From Lama guanicoe (taxonomy: Eukaryota), in the NCBI GenBank assembly GCA_013239625.1, contig MU056000.1, positions 12,475,175-12,539,174 of the forward strand: 64,000 nt of DNA, written 5' to 3'. Positions 62,530-64,000 of the stretch are shown here, one piece after another. Below the pieces are notes generated by a model. The model did not search any database and had not been told where the DNA came from. It worked only from the letters and a program-made list of their open reading frames with translations. The position numbers and the translations under genes are program-made. Position 1 is the first letter of the stretch, and each line of letters starts with the position of its first letter.

Positions 62530-63070
62530 ATGAATAATTAAATCTGAGTTATGTACCATGAAGGAACATAAGCTCCATGAAAGACCATAACCAGGATGAG
62601 GCTGGGGAGAGGAATAAGTGTTGTAGGCAGAGGGAACAGCATGATTTAGGGACCTGTGTGCAGAGGGAACAAGGAATTCTTGAGGAGCTGAGGTGAGTGC
62701 ATAGTAGTAGGAATTCACAGAGAAAAAGCAAAGGAGGAAAAGATGAGTCTGGACACACAGCTGAGGTCAGTACAAGCAGGACTTTGCAGGCCAGGCCGAG
62801 GACTCTGTTCCTCACACCACAGGAGAATGTAAATGGGGTGGGGTGGGGTGGGTGCATATGGGAAGGAAAGAAAAGATCATTCTAGGTTCAGTGTGGGGAA
62901 CAGACGAGGGTCCAGGATGGATTCAGGAAGCCTGATGAGGAAATTCTTGCAGTCACCAGACTGAGACGAAGGGCTGCTTGGACTACAGAAGCAACAGAGA
63001 AATGGAGAAAAAGAGGCGGAAGAGGCGCTTAAATAGAGGTAAAATCCACAGTCCTGCCATGGGGTAGGTT
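62530..63070 (-). mobile_element. L2 fragment, opposite orientation; its 3' end probably lies at 61140-61245
   Basis: GGCAGAGGGAACAGCATG...GCTGAGGTCAG...GGAAGCCTGATGAGG...TTGCAGT; CATTCATTGATT...TACTATCTGCCAGGCA at 61151-61200. Confidence 0.65.
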
Positions 63071-63119
63071 AAGGCATGTATCCTCCGCGGGGGCAATATT
63101 GTCCTCAAGCGAGTGGAAA

Positions 63120-63430
63120 TTGGTTCTGGGGGCTGTAGTTCATCAGGGTTGGTTCCTCTCAGGCCTCTCTCCTTGGCTTGCAGACGCTCTCTTTTTTGGT
63201 GTGTCCTCACGTGGTCTGTCCTCTGTGTGCGAGTATCCCTGACGTTTCTCTGTGTGCATAACTCTCCTGGTCTTATAAAACACCAGCCAGATCGGATTAG
63301 GGTCTACACTTACAATGTCATTTTAACTTCACCTCTGTGAACACCTCATCTCCAGATGTGGTCACATCCTGAGGTGCTGGGGGTTAGGACTTCAACATAG
63401 CAATTTTAAGGGCTGTAATTCATCCCACAT
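63120..63430 (-). mobile_element. MaLR LTR (MLT1B/C-like)
   Basis: CTCTCCTTGGCTTGCAGACG...GTGTCCTCACGTGG...GGATTAGGG...GGTCACATCCTGAGGTGCTGGGGGTTAGGACTTCAACAT. Confidence 0.82.
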
Positions 63431-63621
63431 CTGAAGTAAAAATATCTTACTCTTTGTATACGTATGCCACAGGAACACATATGGCACATATACAGGTATA
63501 CAGTGGATTTGTGGTATTGAAATTTCATATAGGTAGGGAACAGCTAGAGGAAAAAATGACTGAAAAACTTCTGGAGTAGGGAGTGATAACGAAGTACGGT
63601 TGAACTCTTCAGGAATGTGAC

Positions 63622-64000
63622 AAAATGCTCAACATGGCTAATTGTTAGAGAAATGCACATTCAAACTACAATGAGGTATTGCCTCACACTGGCCATAATG
63701 GCTATTATCAAAATGTCTAGAAATAATAAATGCTGGAGAAGCTGTGGAGAAAAGGGTACCCTCGTACACTGGTGGTGAGAATGTAAATTGGTGCAGCCAC
63801 TGTGGAAGACAGTATGGAGATTCCTTATAAAACTAAAGATAGACTTACCATATGATCCAGCAGTCCAGCTCCTAGGCATATAACCATAAAAGACAAAACC
63901 TTTAATTTGAAAAGATACATGCACCCCAATGTTCACAGCAGCCATGATGTGGAAACAATCTAAATGTCCATTGACAGATGACTGGATAAAGAAGTTGTAG
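63622..64000 (+). mobile_element. LINE-1 ORF2 3' region, degenerate, runs off the window
   Basis: AAAATGCTCAACAT...ACTACAATGAGGTAT...GAATGTAAATTGGTGCAGCCACT...TACCATATGATCCAGCA...CCAATGTTCACAGCAGC; interrupted by stops. Confidence 0.92.

Overview
Mammalian genomic DNA, not prokaryotic. The window holds the complete BASP1 (NAP-22/CAP-23) gene on the + strand. It has a CpG-island promoter interrupted by a 156-N assembly gap, a non-coding GC-rich exon 1 ending at 1409, a 50,655-bp intron (1410-52064), and exon 2 carrying the whole 223-aa CDS (52074-52745) plus a 3' UTR ending shortly after AATAAA at 53599. The rest is repeat-rich intronic and intergenic DNA: young tRNA-derived SINEs that resemble camelid families (species assignment is an inference), L1 3' fragments, L2/MIR relics, MaLR and ERV1 solo LTRs, and hAT MITEs, several nested. 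Repeat family names come from recalled consensus similarity and boundaries of old repeats are approximate. No novel multi-gene system was found. The best lead is an Arg-rich uORF in exon 1 that is in frame with BASP1 after splicing and separated from it by a single TAG. Other leads are a second in-frame splice donor in exon 1, a motif-dense 3' UTR (RNA G-quadruplex, bipartite QKI element), a palindromic E-box/PBX-MEIS composite in the intron, and a MER41-like LTR with decayed STAT sites downstream.
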